Notes: generated from the letters alone by a model not told the origin. Positions 12,235 to 24,707 are shown, counted from the first letter of the stretch. The stretch: DNA of 64,000 bases from Squalus acanthias (GCA_030390025.1 CM059430.1:72726001-72790000), one strand, 5' to 3'. Numbers and translations are program-made.

Positions 12235-15200
12235 TCTGAACACAAAAATCAGAAGTTAGTTTAGGTTATTGCCAGATACTTGATGACTATCATTAGTTCC
12301 TGATTTTGTTTCCAACCCAAATACATATATTTACCGTTTCACGGCGTGTTGCACCAATTCCAGTCGAAGTAATGCAAGAAGATAGGGCTAACTCCCCGTG
12401 GAGTTTTGAGGCGCGTTATAGGCAGATTACAAATTAAAGATGCTAATTTGTAGATCCTCAATTGAGCTCAAAAAACTGTTGCATATTAGTTACAAATGTC
12501 TAACCTTTCACCCGGCTTCGCCGCAACCACGAGCGAAGCCCTAGTTAAATGACGCATCGATCTATTATTCTGTCTTATTTTTCAGGCACGGAAATTAGGG
12601 AAATAACTCCCAGGTGGAATTCTGCGAACATAATTATAATTTTTCTACAAAGAACCAGAAGATGAACAATGTTTCCATAAATTTTAGACATACCATTGGT
12701 TACCCGCTGTAACTTCGACAGATGATCTGGCAATGTCGCTGAGAAATCAGGTAACGAGCTGAAAGTGGCCATATACCTGTTCATCTGGAGTTTCCCAGTA
12801 AGTGACGTGCCGTTTTCTCACTAAACCTGTTTAAGCGGCCGTGGCTTGCAATTCCTTGGGGTTGTCCTGCGGTCCTTTCCCAGCGTTGATGGGAAACACT
12901 GGGACCGCAATGAAAAATAGCTTAAACGTCTGAAATTGTCGTTTGCGACCTTACTCTGGCGATTTGTCCAAAATGTGTGGGTTAGGTTGATTTGGCTATG
13001 ATAAATTGACCCTTAGTGTTAGGGGGGATTAAATATGTGGGGTTATGGAGATAGGATGGGATATGTTAGGGGGAATTAAATACGTGGGGTTACGGGCGTA
13101 GGGTGGGATATGTGTACTGTGGGGATTAAAGCAGGGACAGGGTACTGGATTTGGATGATCAGCCATGATCGTATTGAATGGCGGAGCAGGCTCGACGGGC
13201 CGAATGGCCTACTCCTGCTCCTAGATTCTATGTTTCTATGTTTCTATTCCACCGATCCAATTTCGTTGAATTTCGGCGGGACATTGGTGGCATTCTGGAT
13301 CATTCAGGGCCTTGGATATTAAATGTTTCGCTAGTCACAATTTAGGGTAAATTTGTTGCTGAAGAATTGAATTTCGCCGTTTACTCCCGACATCCCGTAT
13401 AACTTTAGAGGTAGAGCAGAGGGATCTCGGGACACGACCTAAACCGATAAAACTTGCAATGCATACCAATTCGAAATGTTCCCACTACAGTTAAGGCGGG
13501 ATATTGGGTGAATCAGACAGAAACACTCCTCTTCCTCTGTTTGGGTATTCCTATGCATTTCTTCATCCATTTCTTGTAAAGGAAATTTTAAAATTTAATA
13601 CATCAGTCGACCGAATTGAGGGGATCCTCCTCATCCGCCGCCGTAACTTCGACGAAATCCCCCTTGCAAGCGGTTTATTGGGAGAACCTTGGGGGAAGAT
13701 TACCCGGACAAGCGGAAGGGTCCCACGGATATTGGCTCAGTTTCATTTTAGACAAGTCTACATTAAAATAATAATTGTTCAAATTATTAATGAAATCTTA
13801 CCATTCGAAACGAATTGTCTTATAGTAATCAACAATGATGATGACCAGCATCAGAATTAGGAAAATAGAAAATATAAATCGGGATATCAAACCAATTCGG
13901 GATAAATTATTAGAGCCTGCAAGATGTAAATAAAACAGAAGTACAATGTTATATATTCAACTGGGTATCGTCATAATAACATTGGCCCTGAAATTAAGGT
14001 GTCTTCGACGGCATACACTGAGCGTACGCCGTCGTAATCCTTCTGAATGGCCCTGCATTTTTCGGGATTCCGCATGCACCTGCGCATGCACGGAAACCCG
14101 GAACTTGCAATCTGTCAATGTACACTTTGACAGATCTACCGAACCAAAAGTTAAATCAGATTCACTGGTGCAGAGTTGGACTATTTGCCCATCATCTGCC
14201 CATCAATTGCCCACGAAACTCTTGTTCAGGTAAAAACAGGCGTTGGGTTTGCTTTCATCAGCATAAGGGTTATTATGAATCTTAAATTAATCATTTTGAA
14301 ATAAACAATGATGCACAAACACTTACAATTTGTTCATGCAAAAAGTTGACCCGGTTTAGTTGCCTTACTCTAAATATTGAGATACAATACGCACATGGGT
14401 GCTTTGCGCTTTAATAATTCTGGAGTAAAACTTCAGTCAAACTCCAAATGCCAAAATGTTTACTAACGTGTTATATTTTTTTAAAGAGTGTGCATTCAAT
14501 AAATAATTATTTTCAACACAGTCCGATCACAAGTCCATCTTCTATATCCAGAAGAGTGTGTAATTCAAATCTAAGTTACTGTGAAATCTGCTGGAACATT
14601 GGCTGATGCGTTGTCCTTAACGACGATCGAATCATTGTGAAGCGGCCGAGTTTGGGCAAACAAGATCCCAATAGAGCACTTCAAACATTTGTTTTCGTGA
14701 AATAAACCACCGATTCATTATCCCAGTAGTATTGACATTAAAACTAAAGCATGCTCCTTTCGAAATCGTTATAAAGGAAAGATAGGTTGACTAGCTCCCA
14801 ATAAATTGTACCATAGATCTAAAAATATTCATGCAAATTTAAGTTTCACCTGCAAGTCAATGAAGGGTGAAAAAAGTTTGATTCCGTATAGCGCCTTCGC
14901 CTTGAAGCGTCGTTCAAAGAGATGCCCAGAAATGTCTAAATTTCCATTCTTTGAATTAAACGGACGGAGGATCCATGCACCGCCTGTTCATAGTTTCTAG
15001 CCAGCATTTCCTGTCATCCCTGCTCGGCTCCAAACCGCCAGTCCGCCGTAAAAAACGGCCGAACGTGTTGGATGTATGCTGTCACTCACGAGATTGACGG
15101 GGACGAATGCGCCATTACAAAATAGGGCAAAGACTGCTTCATATTTTCAGTCCAATAATTTCATTTGATAGAGAGTTGTGAGAACTTACTTTACGATTAT

Positions 15201-18200
15201 TCACTACAAGTTTCTAACCCAACATTCAAAGAGAACAATCTAGCCAACTATTACCTTGAGAAAAGAATATGACACGTTCAAAGCCTCAAATCTTGTTCTT
15301 TTATGGCCCAGAAATTGATCTCGCTCTGTTCCCGCGGGGGTAAGCCTTTCCCGCGATGTCTCACCTCGCTTATGCTTTTTCTGATCCAGCTCGCACGAAA
15401 TTGATGTTCCAGACATCAGCTGTGCTGGGCTTGCGTATCCCAGCGGCGTAGTTAATTCGTGCGAGCTGTGGGATCACGTGACTCAGTTAGAGCCAATGGC
15501 AGCACACCATCTTCCATTCATAAGTCTCACAGCATGGCTGAGAGACTTATGAATCTTACACCCCCCCAAAATAACAGCTAAACCTCAATTAAATTAAAAA
15601 AAAACCCATCACATTAATAAAATAAGTATAGTTAATTAAATTAACCATTTTAAATAAAAAATTAAATTTTTGAAAAAATTTAAAATCTTTTAAAAAGTTA
15701 TAAAAATAAACTTACCTGTCTTTAAAGTCTATAAAAAAGATATACCTGTAAAAAAAAATTCAAAAAAATACTTAATTCACTACTTACCTTCTTAAAAGCG
15801 GGTCTTACTCCTCCTTTTTACATTTCCAAAATCTTCCCTACTTACCTGCGCGTCCAAAGCATGAAGTGCACAGCGTGCGCGCAGCCTGTAGCGCGCACGC
15901 GATGCACTCCGGCCCCGCCCCCTTTTCGGAAGAGCAATTGCCGGTTTTCAGCGCATGCGCAGGGCATGCAGAAAACCGGCAATTGGAGTGGGAATACGCG
16001 AGAGTATGCAGTGCGTACTCTCGCGTCGCGGGATCAATTTTCGGCCCTATATTTCGGAATAACTTAGAATCCCTTATGCCAGTTGAATGCTCCTTATCAA
16101 AAAATTTCACATCATCATCTGCATACCATTCTGCACCTACCAACTTAATTTTACAAACTGAGTATCTGAGTAGAAAATAGCCCCTATTTTATAATTTCTC
16201 TTTCTAATGATCGGATCCTCTCATAATGTCGTACCTTTCAAAACAGTAGGATAAAATGATCCCAGGCGCCTTGCTTGCCCAGGGACAGATTCGACTGCAG
16301 CAATTCAACAGAGGGCATAACAAATCCCCAGTTTTTTTTGTTCAGGAATAGCCGGTGCTACTGTTGGGCCAATTGGGGAAAATTTGACTTTGGATGACAG
16401 TGTAAATTAGGCGACCGCGAATCATCACAATGGAAATGAAAATCCAGAGAAATTCAATTTTGTTCGATTTACACTATCGCTCAAGGTTAAAATTACCTCC
16501 AATTGCATTCAAGCTGGACCACTTATCTTCGCCCTCCACCTCAGATAAAGATTATAATTGGTGTTGACTCCCATAGTACATTTCCAACGCGTGTATTGCT
16601 GGCTTTGCGGGTGGGCTGCTACTTCTAGAAATCGCCCGATTTCCACTTCAAATGGAATCAATGAAAAATAACTTTTGGCGGGTTCGCTTAGGAGCGGCTG
16701 ATCAGCAAAGTCACCTTTACGCCCGAGCCGCAAGTTAAAAATCGAACCATTATCTATATTTGATGTCACTCCACCAACATTTTGATTAAGTTAATTTCCT
16801 ACCGGTGCACAACCGGAAAGAGCATTAAAAGCATCACACTGACTTGCGATTTACCTTGTTTTTTTCCCCTTTTTTGTTTTTTAGGCGTTTCACCATTGCC
16901 TCTTTCTTTGCGCTTTTTGGTTTAATTTAAAGCTTACTGCTGGATCCTGTTTGTCAAAGCATTTTGTTTGACACAAGCTAGCGGCGCCGGGAGTCGCTTG
17001 GTCCCATCTCAATACGAAATACAGCAACAAAAATGCATAACATCATGCTTTTCCGCCAATAGGACGTGCAAGTGCCACATGAAGAAGCTTTCCGAGTACA
17101 TTTCTGTGAATTCTTAGAAGAAAAATCTCCGTGTGTGATACTAAACGCACTGAGTCTGTCAGTGCATTTCAATGAAGGGAGAGCGGGAAACCGGTGGAAG
17201 TCCACTCTGAGGAGCGCAAAATCTGCTGGTCAATTGGCTAACAGCGCAACTTTACTGGGGGCAGAATTTCAGTCCGCAGCATTTAACATACCCAGGTACC
17301 CCCAAAACATCTACCTATAGCTGCGATACTCTGTTGCTCTCTGCAGCTTTACCGATTTTATTTTTTCCAGACTCGGTTAACTACGTTACCTTATGGATAA
17401 ACGTGCCTCAGATGTGTGTCTCTGAGGCCCTGATTTATATGAACAGTGATCCAACCAGTCCTTCTCCGCCACCGTCCACAGCTTCGATGGACTTGACCTC
17501 GCCTTGAACAACTTCTCTGTTAATTCCACTCACTTTTTCTCTATCAAGAGGTTACTGTGACAAAGTACTTGCACGTTAATTGTGCCTTTATTTTTGCAGG
17601 ATATGTGGAACGCTCTTTATTTCTGCCGTACACAGGGTCCCTTCCTAACCTCTTACATTGATGGCTGTGTTGGTACTGTTTTCTGCTTATGTAGTTGATC
17701 TCCGATTCTTTACTTCCCTCCGAGAAGTTCTCTGCATCGATCTCAGGTAATGGACATTCCACAGATCATCGTTTACAAGTCTACTGACTCTAAGAAATAC
17801 ATTTCAATATGCCTTTCCCACTCTGCTTCATAGAAGGACTCCATCGCTTTCTCCCACTTTATCTATCTCTGTCATGTCTTCTCCAATTACTCAAATTTCC
17901 ATGCCAGAAAATCCAATGTTTGCACTTTAAGATGATGAACACGAGCCTTTACTGTTAGCCCTATCTCCCAGACTTCAATGAAAATAAAAAATCGAGAAAA
18001 ATGTAAAACAGGCTGCTGATTCGCCTTTACCCGTTTTACACTGTCGCACAAAGTCGCAATTACCACCAGTGTCTTATCTGTCACACGACGGCCAATTGGT
18101 TGGAACATTCACGTTAGTAGCAGCATACATTCGATATATCCTCTGTTTCTCTACAGCAGGGATTGTTGCAGATATGGTTTGGGTATGTCGGTGTCCAAAG

Positions 18201-21200
18201 GAAGGTGGATTGATTTTTAGAAATACGTCGTCAGATAATAGTGTTGGCTGGTGTCTGAACCCATGACCTGTGATTTTATGTTATAAGGAAAGGCGCTGGA
18301 ACAACTTAACATTTTAACTAAAATATGTTGCAGTTGCACTCTGTTGTATGTTTGACAATTTGTTTCGATTCTCTACTATCCTTCTATGTTCTCCTTATTT
18401 CCGCATTTTGATATGGATATTACGCCGTTTATTTTGACTTTATGCAACCTACACGCTCTGATATCCATTAAAGTCTCTCTGTTGCCTCAGTGATGTTTCA
18501 TAGCATCTAACAGTTTTCTTTAAGCACTTTATGGGCAGTATTAGTCCGTCTTTGCAACTAGATTGCATTGACATTCTAGTGATCTATCTCCTCCCTCTTC
18601 CCTCTCTGTTTTTTCAAACTTATAAGAGATCGGTTCATCTTTCAGTCTTCCCTTTTGATGAACGAATACCCACCGGAAAACCGTGAACGGTATTCTATCT
18701 CCACAGATGCTGACTGGCCTGTTGTGGAGTTACTCTAATTTTCATGTTTATTACGGATTGCCAGCTTTAGCCCTTTATGATTAGATTTTATTTTGTATCT
18801 TTAAGGTATGCGATTCTTCTGCAGCAGTCTATTGGCAAGGGTACTTTGAAATTAAAATAAAATAACAACGTGTTATTTATAGTAAAGAAGTTCAGACTGC
18901 GTCTGAAAGGTTTATTATTTATTCGGAGCTTAACCAGAATCTACGTTAAGTCTTACTCATAAAACATGCTCAATTGGGCCTGCGTACAGCTGGATATGAA
19001 GCTGGCAGATTGAGAGCAGAACTGGAATAACATTTGAAATTTCATTGACGAATAAGAGAGAAATGTTAACCGAACCGAGCAGTACAGTCGCTGTGGTTAT
19101 GTTTCCTGGAACAGTGAATTGAAAATAAATACCTGCGGGTAATCATTGCTCCAGCATCTTACCTGGGTTCGAATTTGACACCAAATGAACAGCTAATTTC
19201 GGAGTCTGGAGGGTGGGGTGAGATACCAAACAAGTGTAAGGGGTCCCTTTCTGGACTGGCTGTGTCTCTTGCAGAATACTGGAAGCTTCATATAGTCCCG
19301 CTGAGTTCAGCTGCTTTGTGGTTGTTATCCCGGTTACAACGTTGCTTCCATTTTTGTACCAGTTGAAGGTGATCGTCTCCGGGTAAAAGTCAACCGTTTC
19401 ACATACGAGAAGAAGATAAATATTTGAATTTCTGCTGAATATTTTGGATATAATAGTCGGGGGAGCTGGCGGAGCTATAGAGGGATGCAGAGAAAAGCAA
19501 AAAAACCCGACCTTTTAAATGTAGAAGATTATTTACTTTTAAAAAATTCAAATCAAATGAGAGGATTCAGAAACCGCATTTGCTTTTTGCATTTAATTGA
19601 ACTGAAAATAATACTATCGTACTTATTTGACGGTCATCTGCTACTTTCATAAATGAACAAGAGACAGCCTCATTTATAGAGTGTTCACTCGCGTCCCTCA
19701 CAAGCATCACAAAAATCTCACCGACAGGGAATTACCTTCAAGTGCAATAATCTTTGTAATGTTGACAAAAACAACGCCCGTGCTTCAACCGGTAATCCCA
19801 CAAATAGCAATGACAGATCATCTGGTTTTATTGGCACGTATTAACTTTGGGAATATACCAACAGAACTGCTTGCATTTATTCCAAAAATGCTGTGTGACC
19901 GTTCCTTCCCAGAAAGGAAAGCACATAGAATTGGTTGCTTCGCTGACCCCAAATAAGCCGTAATCATGCAATACTAAACTAAAGCGTCAGACTAGATTAA
20001 TTCCTTAAAACGTGCAATATAGCTGAATGCAAGTTCTGGAATGTGCACAGCAGTTCTCCGATTTCTCCCTCCCCCTTAACCAGAGATAGATTCGCACAAA
20101 CGGTGTTGACGCCGATATTACGCCGAATTCTGCCGGACAGATATTGGGAAATACTGAGGACGTGCAAGGAGCTACAGAAATGCATTTCATTATATCTTAT
20201 AATAATAATAAAGTTTTTATGTAGCAATCTTTGCGTTAGCTCCGGAATATTTATAAACCTATTTCTCAGCAACAAAAATTCGATATTGCGAGCTGCAATG
20301 TTTCAGTCACTGGACTGAGAGACGCCGTCGACTGAGAATCATCAAATTCGACCGGCTTTTGTGGCATCGCTTAATGACTCGTTATATTGGAGAACGGCTG
20401 GTGATCATTTCTGTATAAAATGACTTGCAGGGAATATTCTGACATCACTGCTTGGTATTAGTTCTGGAATTATATTAAGTCTTTATCGTCGATATTAGAG
20501 TTTCAAACGATCAAATGTTCAGCCTTAATCGTCGCGGGAATGTGCCCAATGTGGCACTTTTCAGAAACACACCTGTACAAAAATATGGACGGCCAAATAC
20601 ATTGTTTGTCCAGCTCATGATTAAAATGTGTAGGTTGAAATCATTTCATTTAGGCTTCTATTGTAAATATTGAGGATTAATATACAAGTCACAAAACACA
20701 AAGGATCCACGGTAATAGTTAAATAAGAAACAGATCACCCCACCGTGCTGATTAATATTTTCAGTTATTTGAATTATCTGTGCGAGAATTCCCTGCCTTG
20801 CCACCTACCGTGGACAACAATCGTTGATCCAGTTCCGTTTCTCATCCTGTTTCTCTGTTGTTTGACTCCGCAGTAATAAAGCCCAGCGTCCTGGAAACGG
20901 ATATCAAGGATCTGCAAGGAGCCCCGTCCTTTCCTCAAGAAATGTTGTTTCCTCTTGTCTGAGCTGGGTTGCAGAAATATACGTTCGCCGAGTTTCCACC
21001 AGATAACATTCACTTCTGAATTATCTGGAAAAGGAGGGAACGAACAAGCAAAGGTAATGTTTGCGCCGATCGTAACAATCTTGCGTTGGGGGCTTTGGGA
21101 CACTTGGAACACGGCATCGCCAAAAACTGTGGAAGAAAAATAAAAACATGCAGACATCAATTAAATATTTCAAACCTGACGGAAATGTGTGCTAGACAGA

Positions 21201-21315
21201 GGTAGATGGTCGGACCGGGATCGACAGAAACTGGATTTACAAGGCGATTACCGAAAATGCCAGTCAAGAAAATCCCCAGGATCACCATGCACCGAAGCAC
21301 AGCTCGAACAGACAT
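12235..21315 (-). CDS. Gene A: VJ-C1 IgSF type I membrane receptor, activating type (TM arginine, short tail), about 269-270 aa; NKp30/SIRP-like architecture
   Basis: Exons 21315-21252 (leader), 21126-20809 (V), 19474-19163 (C1) and 13916-13802 (TM) are all GT-AG, phase-consistent and stop-free. The terminal exon is uncertain: a split TG|A stop at 12235 (acceptor has a ctaac branch point), read-through W-stop at 13798, or exon 11635-11542. Confidence 0.85.
12966..13246 (+). mobile_element. HE1-like V-SINE, 5'-truncated
   Basis: Nearly identical to 53946-54289. It ends in a CR1/HER1-type tail gatcagccatgatcgtattgaatggcggagcaggctcg...(ctatgttt)n. Confidence 0.85.
13802..13916 (-). CDS. Gene A transmembrane exon GSNNLSRIGLISRFIFSIFLILMLVIIIVDYYKTIRFE
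   Basis: Acceptor tcttgcag, donor gtaaga, 115 nt, phase 1 to 2. A 22-residue hydrophobic stretch contains one Arg. Not present in the ORF track. Confidence 0.85.
13984..14340. mobile_element. Truncated Harbinger-like MITE
   Basis: Starts ggccctgaaatt and is collinear with the left halves of the copies at 39589 and 49668. Confidence 0.7.
15305..16047. mobile_element. Harbinger/Tourist-like MITE
   Basis: TIR ggcccagaaattgatctcgc / gcgggatcaattttcggccc with 3-bp TSD TAT on both sides. Confidence 0.85.
16372..16503. repeat. Short inverted-repeat element (mini-MITE)
   Basis: Imperfect terminal inverted repeats of about 38 bp (attggggaaaatttgactttggatgacagtgtaaat / atttacactatcgctcaaggttaaaattacctccaat). 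Confidence 0.55.
17290..18770 (+). mobile_element. Old, heavily decayed Penelope-like element in the C1-TM intron of gene A
   Basis: 17595-17680 aligns by eye with the Penelope RT at 3885-3980, and 18655-18750 aligns with the pLTR/hammerhead region at 5288-5380. Confidence 0.65.
19163..19474 (-). CDS. Gene A Ig C1-set exon
   Basis: 312 nt, phase 1/1. Reads APPAPPTIISKIFSRNSNIYLLLVCETVDFYPETITFNWYKNGSNVVTGITTTKQLNSAGLYEASSILQETQPVQKGTPYTCLVSHPTLQTPKLAVHLVSNSNP, with C1 hallmarks LVC, FYP, W and YTCxVxH. Missed by the ORF track. Confidence 0.93.
20809..21126 (-). CDS. Gene A Ig V-set exon with germline-joined J-like G strand
   Basis: 318 nt, phase 1/1, acceptor ttccacag, donor gtaggt. Contains VSQSP, B-strand Cys, WW, DAGLYYC and NGTGSTIVV. 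Confidence 0.95.
21252..21315 (-). CDS. Gene A signal peptide exon MSVRAVLRCMVILGIFLTGIF
   Basis: ATG, hydrophobic core and a phase 1 gtaatc donor 125 nt from the V exon. A second in-frame ATG lies at 21288. Confidence 0.85.
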
Positions 21316-21620
21316 ATTGAATAAAGTAAGTTATCATTTGCTGCCAATCAAAAAAAATCTTTTTTTTTTTAGAGAGGGCGGGTTTCCTCTAATCCTGTAT
21401 AAACTATGAATCAATGGCGTGCACACCACCCATTAACAGCAGCCGTGTAATGAGAGAAATGAAGAGATGAACAGAAACGTGTGGGTATCCCTGTGAACAT
21501 TGCATAGTTTGAAACATCACGCATAGTAGCTTTTAGGTGAAATAATACAAAGACCACACTGGTCACCGTTGTATCCGGTATATCGGTTGAAAGCACATTT
21601 GGCCTCAATAATTGACTTAC
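21316..21620 (-). promoter_or_regulatory. Putative proximal promoter/5'UTR of gene A
   Basis: This is the only unique sequence between the ATG and the CR1 tail. It contains CCAAT (about 21344), GC box GGGCGG (about 21376) next to a GGAA ETS core, and a RUNX-type TGTGGT (about 21553). These short motifs are weak evidence. Confidence 0.35.
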
Positions 21621-21917
21621 AAACATAGAAACATAGAAACATAGAAAATAGGTACAGGAGCAGACCATTCGGTCCTTCGAGCCCGCACCGCCATTCAATG
21701 CGTTCATGGCTGAACATGCTACCTCAGTACCCCATTCCTGCTTTCTCGCCATACCCCTTGATCCCCTTAGTTGTGAGTGTTATATCTAACTCCCTTTTGA
21801 ATATATTTAGCGAACTGGCCTCAACAACCTTCTGTGGAAGAGAATTCCATAGATTCACCACTCTCTGGGTGAAGAAGTTGCTCCTCAGCTCAGTCTTAAA
21901 TGGCTTCCCCTTAATCC

Positions 21918-24548
21918 TTAGTCTGTGACCCCTGGTTCTAGTTTCCCTAACATTGGGAACATTCTGCCCGCATCTAATTTGTCTAAACCAGGCAGGATTT
22001 TAAATGTCTCTATAAGATCCCCCCTCATTCTTCTGAACTCCAGAGGATACAAGTTCAGTTGACCCAATCTTTCTTGATATATCAGTCCGGCCATCCCAGG
22101 AATCAATCTAGTGAACCTTTGCTGCACTCCCTCAATAGCAAGAATGTCCTTCCTTAAGTTAGGAGACCAAAACTGCGCACAATACTCCAGGTGTGGCCTC
22201 ACCAAGGCCCTGTACAACTGTAGCATCTCGTCCCTACTCCTGTACTCAAATCCCCTTACTATGAAGGCCATCATTCCGTTTGCTTTCTTGACTGCCTGCT
22301 GCACTTGCATTCCCACCTTCAGTGAATGATGTACCATGACGCCCAGGTCTCGTTGCACCTCCCCTTTCCCTAATCTGCCACCATTCAGGTAATAGTCCGC
22401 TTCTCTATTTTTATCACCAAAGTGGATAACCTCACATTTATCCACATTGTACTTCATCTGCCATACATTTGCCCATTCACCCAACCTGTCCAAGTCACTC
22501 TGTAGCCTCCTAGCATCCTCCTCATTGTTCACACTGCCTCCCAATTTAGTGTCATCCGCAAATTTGGAGATATTACATTTAATCCCTTCGTCCAAATCAT
22601 TAATATATAATGTAAACAGCTGGGGTCCCAGCACCGAACCCTGCGGTACCCCGCTGGTCACTGCCTGCCATTCTGAAAAGTACCCATTTACTCCTACTCT
22701 TTGTTTCCTGTGTGCCAACCAGTTCTCAATCCACGTCAACACATTACCCCCAATCCCATGTGCTTTAACTTTGCTCACCAATCTCTTGTGTGGGACCTTG
22801 TCGAAGGCCTTCTGAAAGTCCAAATACACCACATCTACTGGTTCCCCACTGTCCACCCTATTGGAAACATCCTCAAAAAATTCCAGAAGATTTGTCAAGC
22901 ATGATTTCCCTTTCACAAATCCATGCTGAATTGGACCTATCATGTCGCCACTTTCCAAATGGTCTGTTATGACATCTTTAATAATTGCTTCCATCATTTT
23001 ACCCACGACCGATGTCAGGCTGACCGCTCTATAATTCCCTGCTTTCTCCCTCCCTCCTTTTTTAAAAAGAGGGGTTACATTGGCCACCCTCCACTCCATC
23101 GGAACTGATCCAGAGTCTAAGGAATGTTGGAAAATGATCGTCAATGCATCCACTATTTCCAAGTCCACCTCCTTAAGTACTCTGGGATGCAGACCATCAG
23201 GCCCCGGGGATTTTTCAGCATTCAGTCCCATCAATTTCCCCAACACCTTTTCCCGACTGATAAGGATTTCCCTCAGCTCCTCCCTCTTACCAGATCCTCT
23301 GACCCCTTTTATTTCCGGCAGGTTGTGTGTGTCCTCCACAGTAAACACCGAACCAAAGTACTTGTTCAATTGATCTGCCATTTCCTTGTTCCCCATTACG
23401 ACTTCCCCTGTTTCCGACTGCAGGGGACCTACGTTTGTTTTTACTAACCTCTTTCTTTTTACATATTTATAGAAGCTTTTGCAATCCATTTTAATGTTCT
23501 CTGCAAGCTTCCTTTCATATTTTATTTTCCCTGCCCTAATCAAACCCTTCGTCCTCCTCTGCTGAGTTTTGAAGTTCTCCCAGTCCCCGGGTTTGCTGCT
23601 ACTTCTGGCCAATTTGTATGCAACTTCCTTGGTTTTAATACTATCCCTGATTTCCCTTGTTAGCCATGGTTGAGCCACCTTCCCTTTTTTATTTTTACGC
23701 CAGACCGGGATGTACAATTGTTGTAGTTCATCCATGCGATCTCTAAATGTCTGCCATTGCCCTTCCACTGATAGCCACTTAAATATCGCTTGCCAATTTA
23801 ACCTCGCCAATTCACGCCTCATACCCTCAAAGTTGCCCTTATTTAAGTTATGGACCATGGTCTCTGAATTAACTGTTTCCTTCTCCATCCTAATGTAGAA
23901 CTCCACCATACTATGGTCACTCTTCCCCAGGGCGCCTCGTACCACAAGATTGCTGATTAGTCCTTCCTCATTACACAACACCCAGTCCAGGATGGCCTCC
24001 CCTCGAGTTGGTTCCTCAACATATTGGTTTAGGAAACCATCCCTTAAACACTCCAGGAAATCCTCCTCCACCGTATTGCTTCCAGTTTGAGTAGCCCAAT
24101 CTATATGCATATTAAAGTCACCCATGATAACTGCCGTGCCTTTTTTGCACGCACCTCTGATTTCCTGTTTCATACCCTCCCCCACCTCACTACTGCTGTT
24201 TGGAGGTCTGTACACAACTCCCACTAACGTTTTCTGCCCTTTGGTGTTCTGCAGCTCAACCCATATTGATTCCACATCCTCCAAGCTGATGTCCTTCCTA
24301 GCTATTGCATTAATCTCCTCTTTAACAAGCAATGCTACCCCACCCCCTTTTCCTTTTATTCTATCCTTTCTGAATGTTGAATACCCCTGGATGTTCAGTT
24401 CCCAGCCTTGATTGTTCTGGAGCCACGTCTCTGTAATCCCAATCACATCGTATCCGTTAACATCTATTTGCACAGTCAATTCATCCACCTTATTACGGAT
24501 ACTCCTTGCATTAAGACACAGAGCCTTTAGGCTTTTTTTTATTAACAT
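21918..24548 (-). CDS. CR1 ORF2: APE endonuclease and reverse transcriptase (876 aa; a 1-nt frameshift near 21940 removes the C-terminus, natural stop about 21724)
   Basis: Motifs CLNARSI, ITETWL, VYRPPN, MGDFN, SDH, YLDFQKAFDKVPH, SGVPQGSVLGP and FADD. The shifted frame continues RTRGHRLRIKGKPFKTELRSNFFTQRVVNLWNSLP. Confidence 0.95.
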   Translation of the reverse strand: MLIKKSLKALCLNARSIRNKVDELTVQIDVNGYDVIGITETWLQNNQGWELNIQGYSTFRKDRIKGKGGGVALLVKEEINAIARKDISLEDVESIWVELQNTKGQKTLVGVVYRPPNSSSEVGEGMKQEIRGACKKGTAVIMGDFNMHIDWATQTGSNTVEEDFLECLRDGFLNQYVEEPTRGEAILDWVLCNEEGLISNLVVRGALGKSDHSMVEFYIRMEKETVNSETMVHNLNKGNFEGMRRELARLNWQAIFKWLSVEGQWQTFRDRMDELQQLYIPVWRKNKKGKVAQPWLTREIRDSIKTKEVAYKLARSSSKPGDWENFKTQQRRTKGLIRAGKIKYERKLAENIKMDCKSFYKYVKRKRLVKTNVGPLQSETGEVVMGNKEMADQLNKYFGSVFTVEDTHNLPEIKGVRGSGKREELREILISREKVLGKLMGLNAEKSPGPDGLHPRVLKEVDLEIVDALTIIFQHSLDSGSVPMEWRVANVTPLFKKGGREKAGNYRAVSLTSVVGKMMEAIIKDVITDHLESGDMIGPIQHGFVKGKSCLTNLLEFFEDVSNRVDSGEPVDVVYLDFQKAFDKVPHKRLVSKVKAHGIGGNVLTWIENWLAHRKQRVGVNGYFSEWQAVTSGVPQGSVLGPQLFTLYINDLDEGIKCNISKFADDTKLGGSVNNEEDARRLQSDLDRLGEWANVWQMKYNVDKCEVIHFGDKNREADYYLNGGRLGKGEVQRDLGVMVHHSLKVGMQVQQAVKKANGMMAFIVRGFEYRSRDEMLQLYRALVRPHLEYCAQFWSPNLRKDILAIEGVQQRFTRLIPGMAGLIYQERLGQLNLYPLEFRRMRGDLIETFKILPGLDKLDAGRMFPMLGKLEPGVTD

Positions 24549-24707
24549 CCTTTGTCCTTTTAGACTTATGATTTAGTATGGCCCTTTGTGTTTCTTGCCT
24601 TTGTTTACTCGGCCTTCCCCTATTGTTTCTCACCCTTCTAACATTTGTTTCTGACTGCATATTACTTCCCCCTGTTTCGCTACATAGGTTCCCATTCCCC
24701 TGCCATA

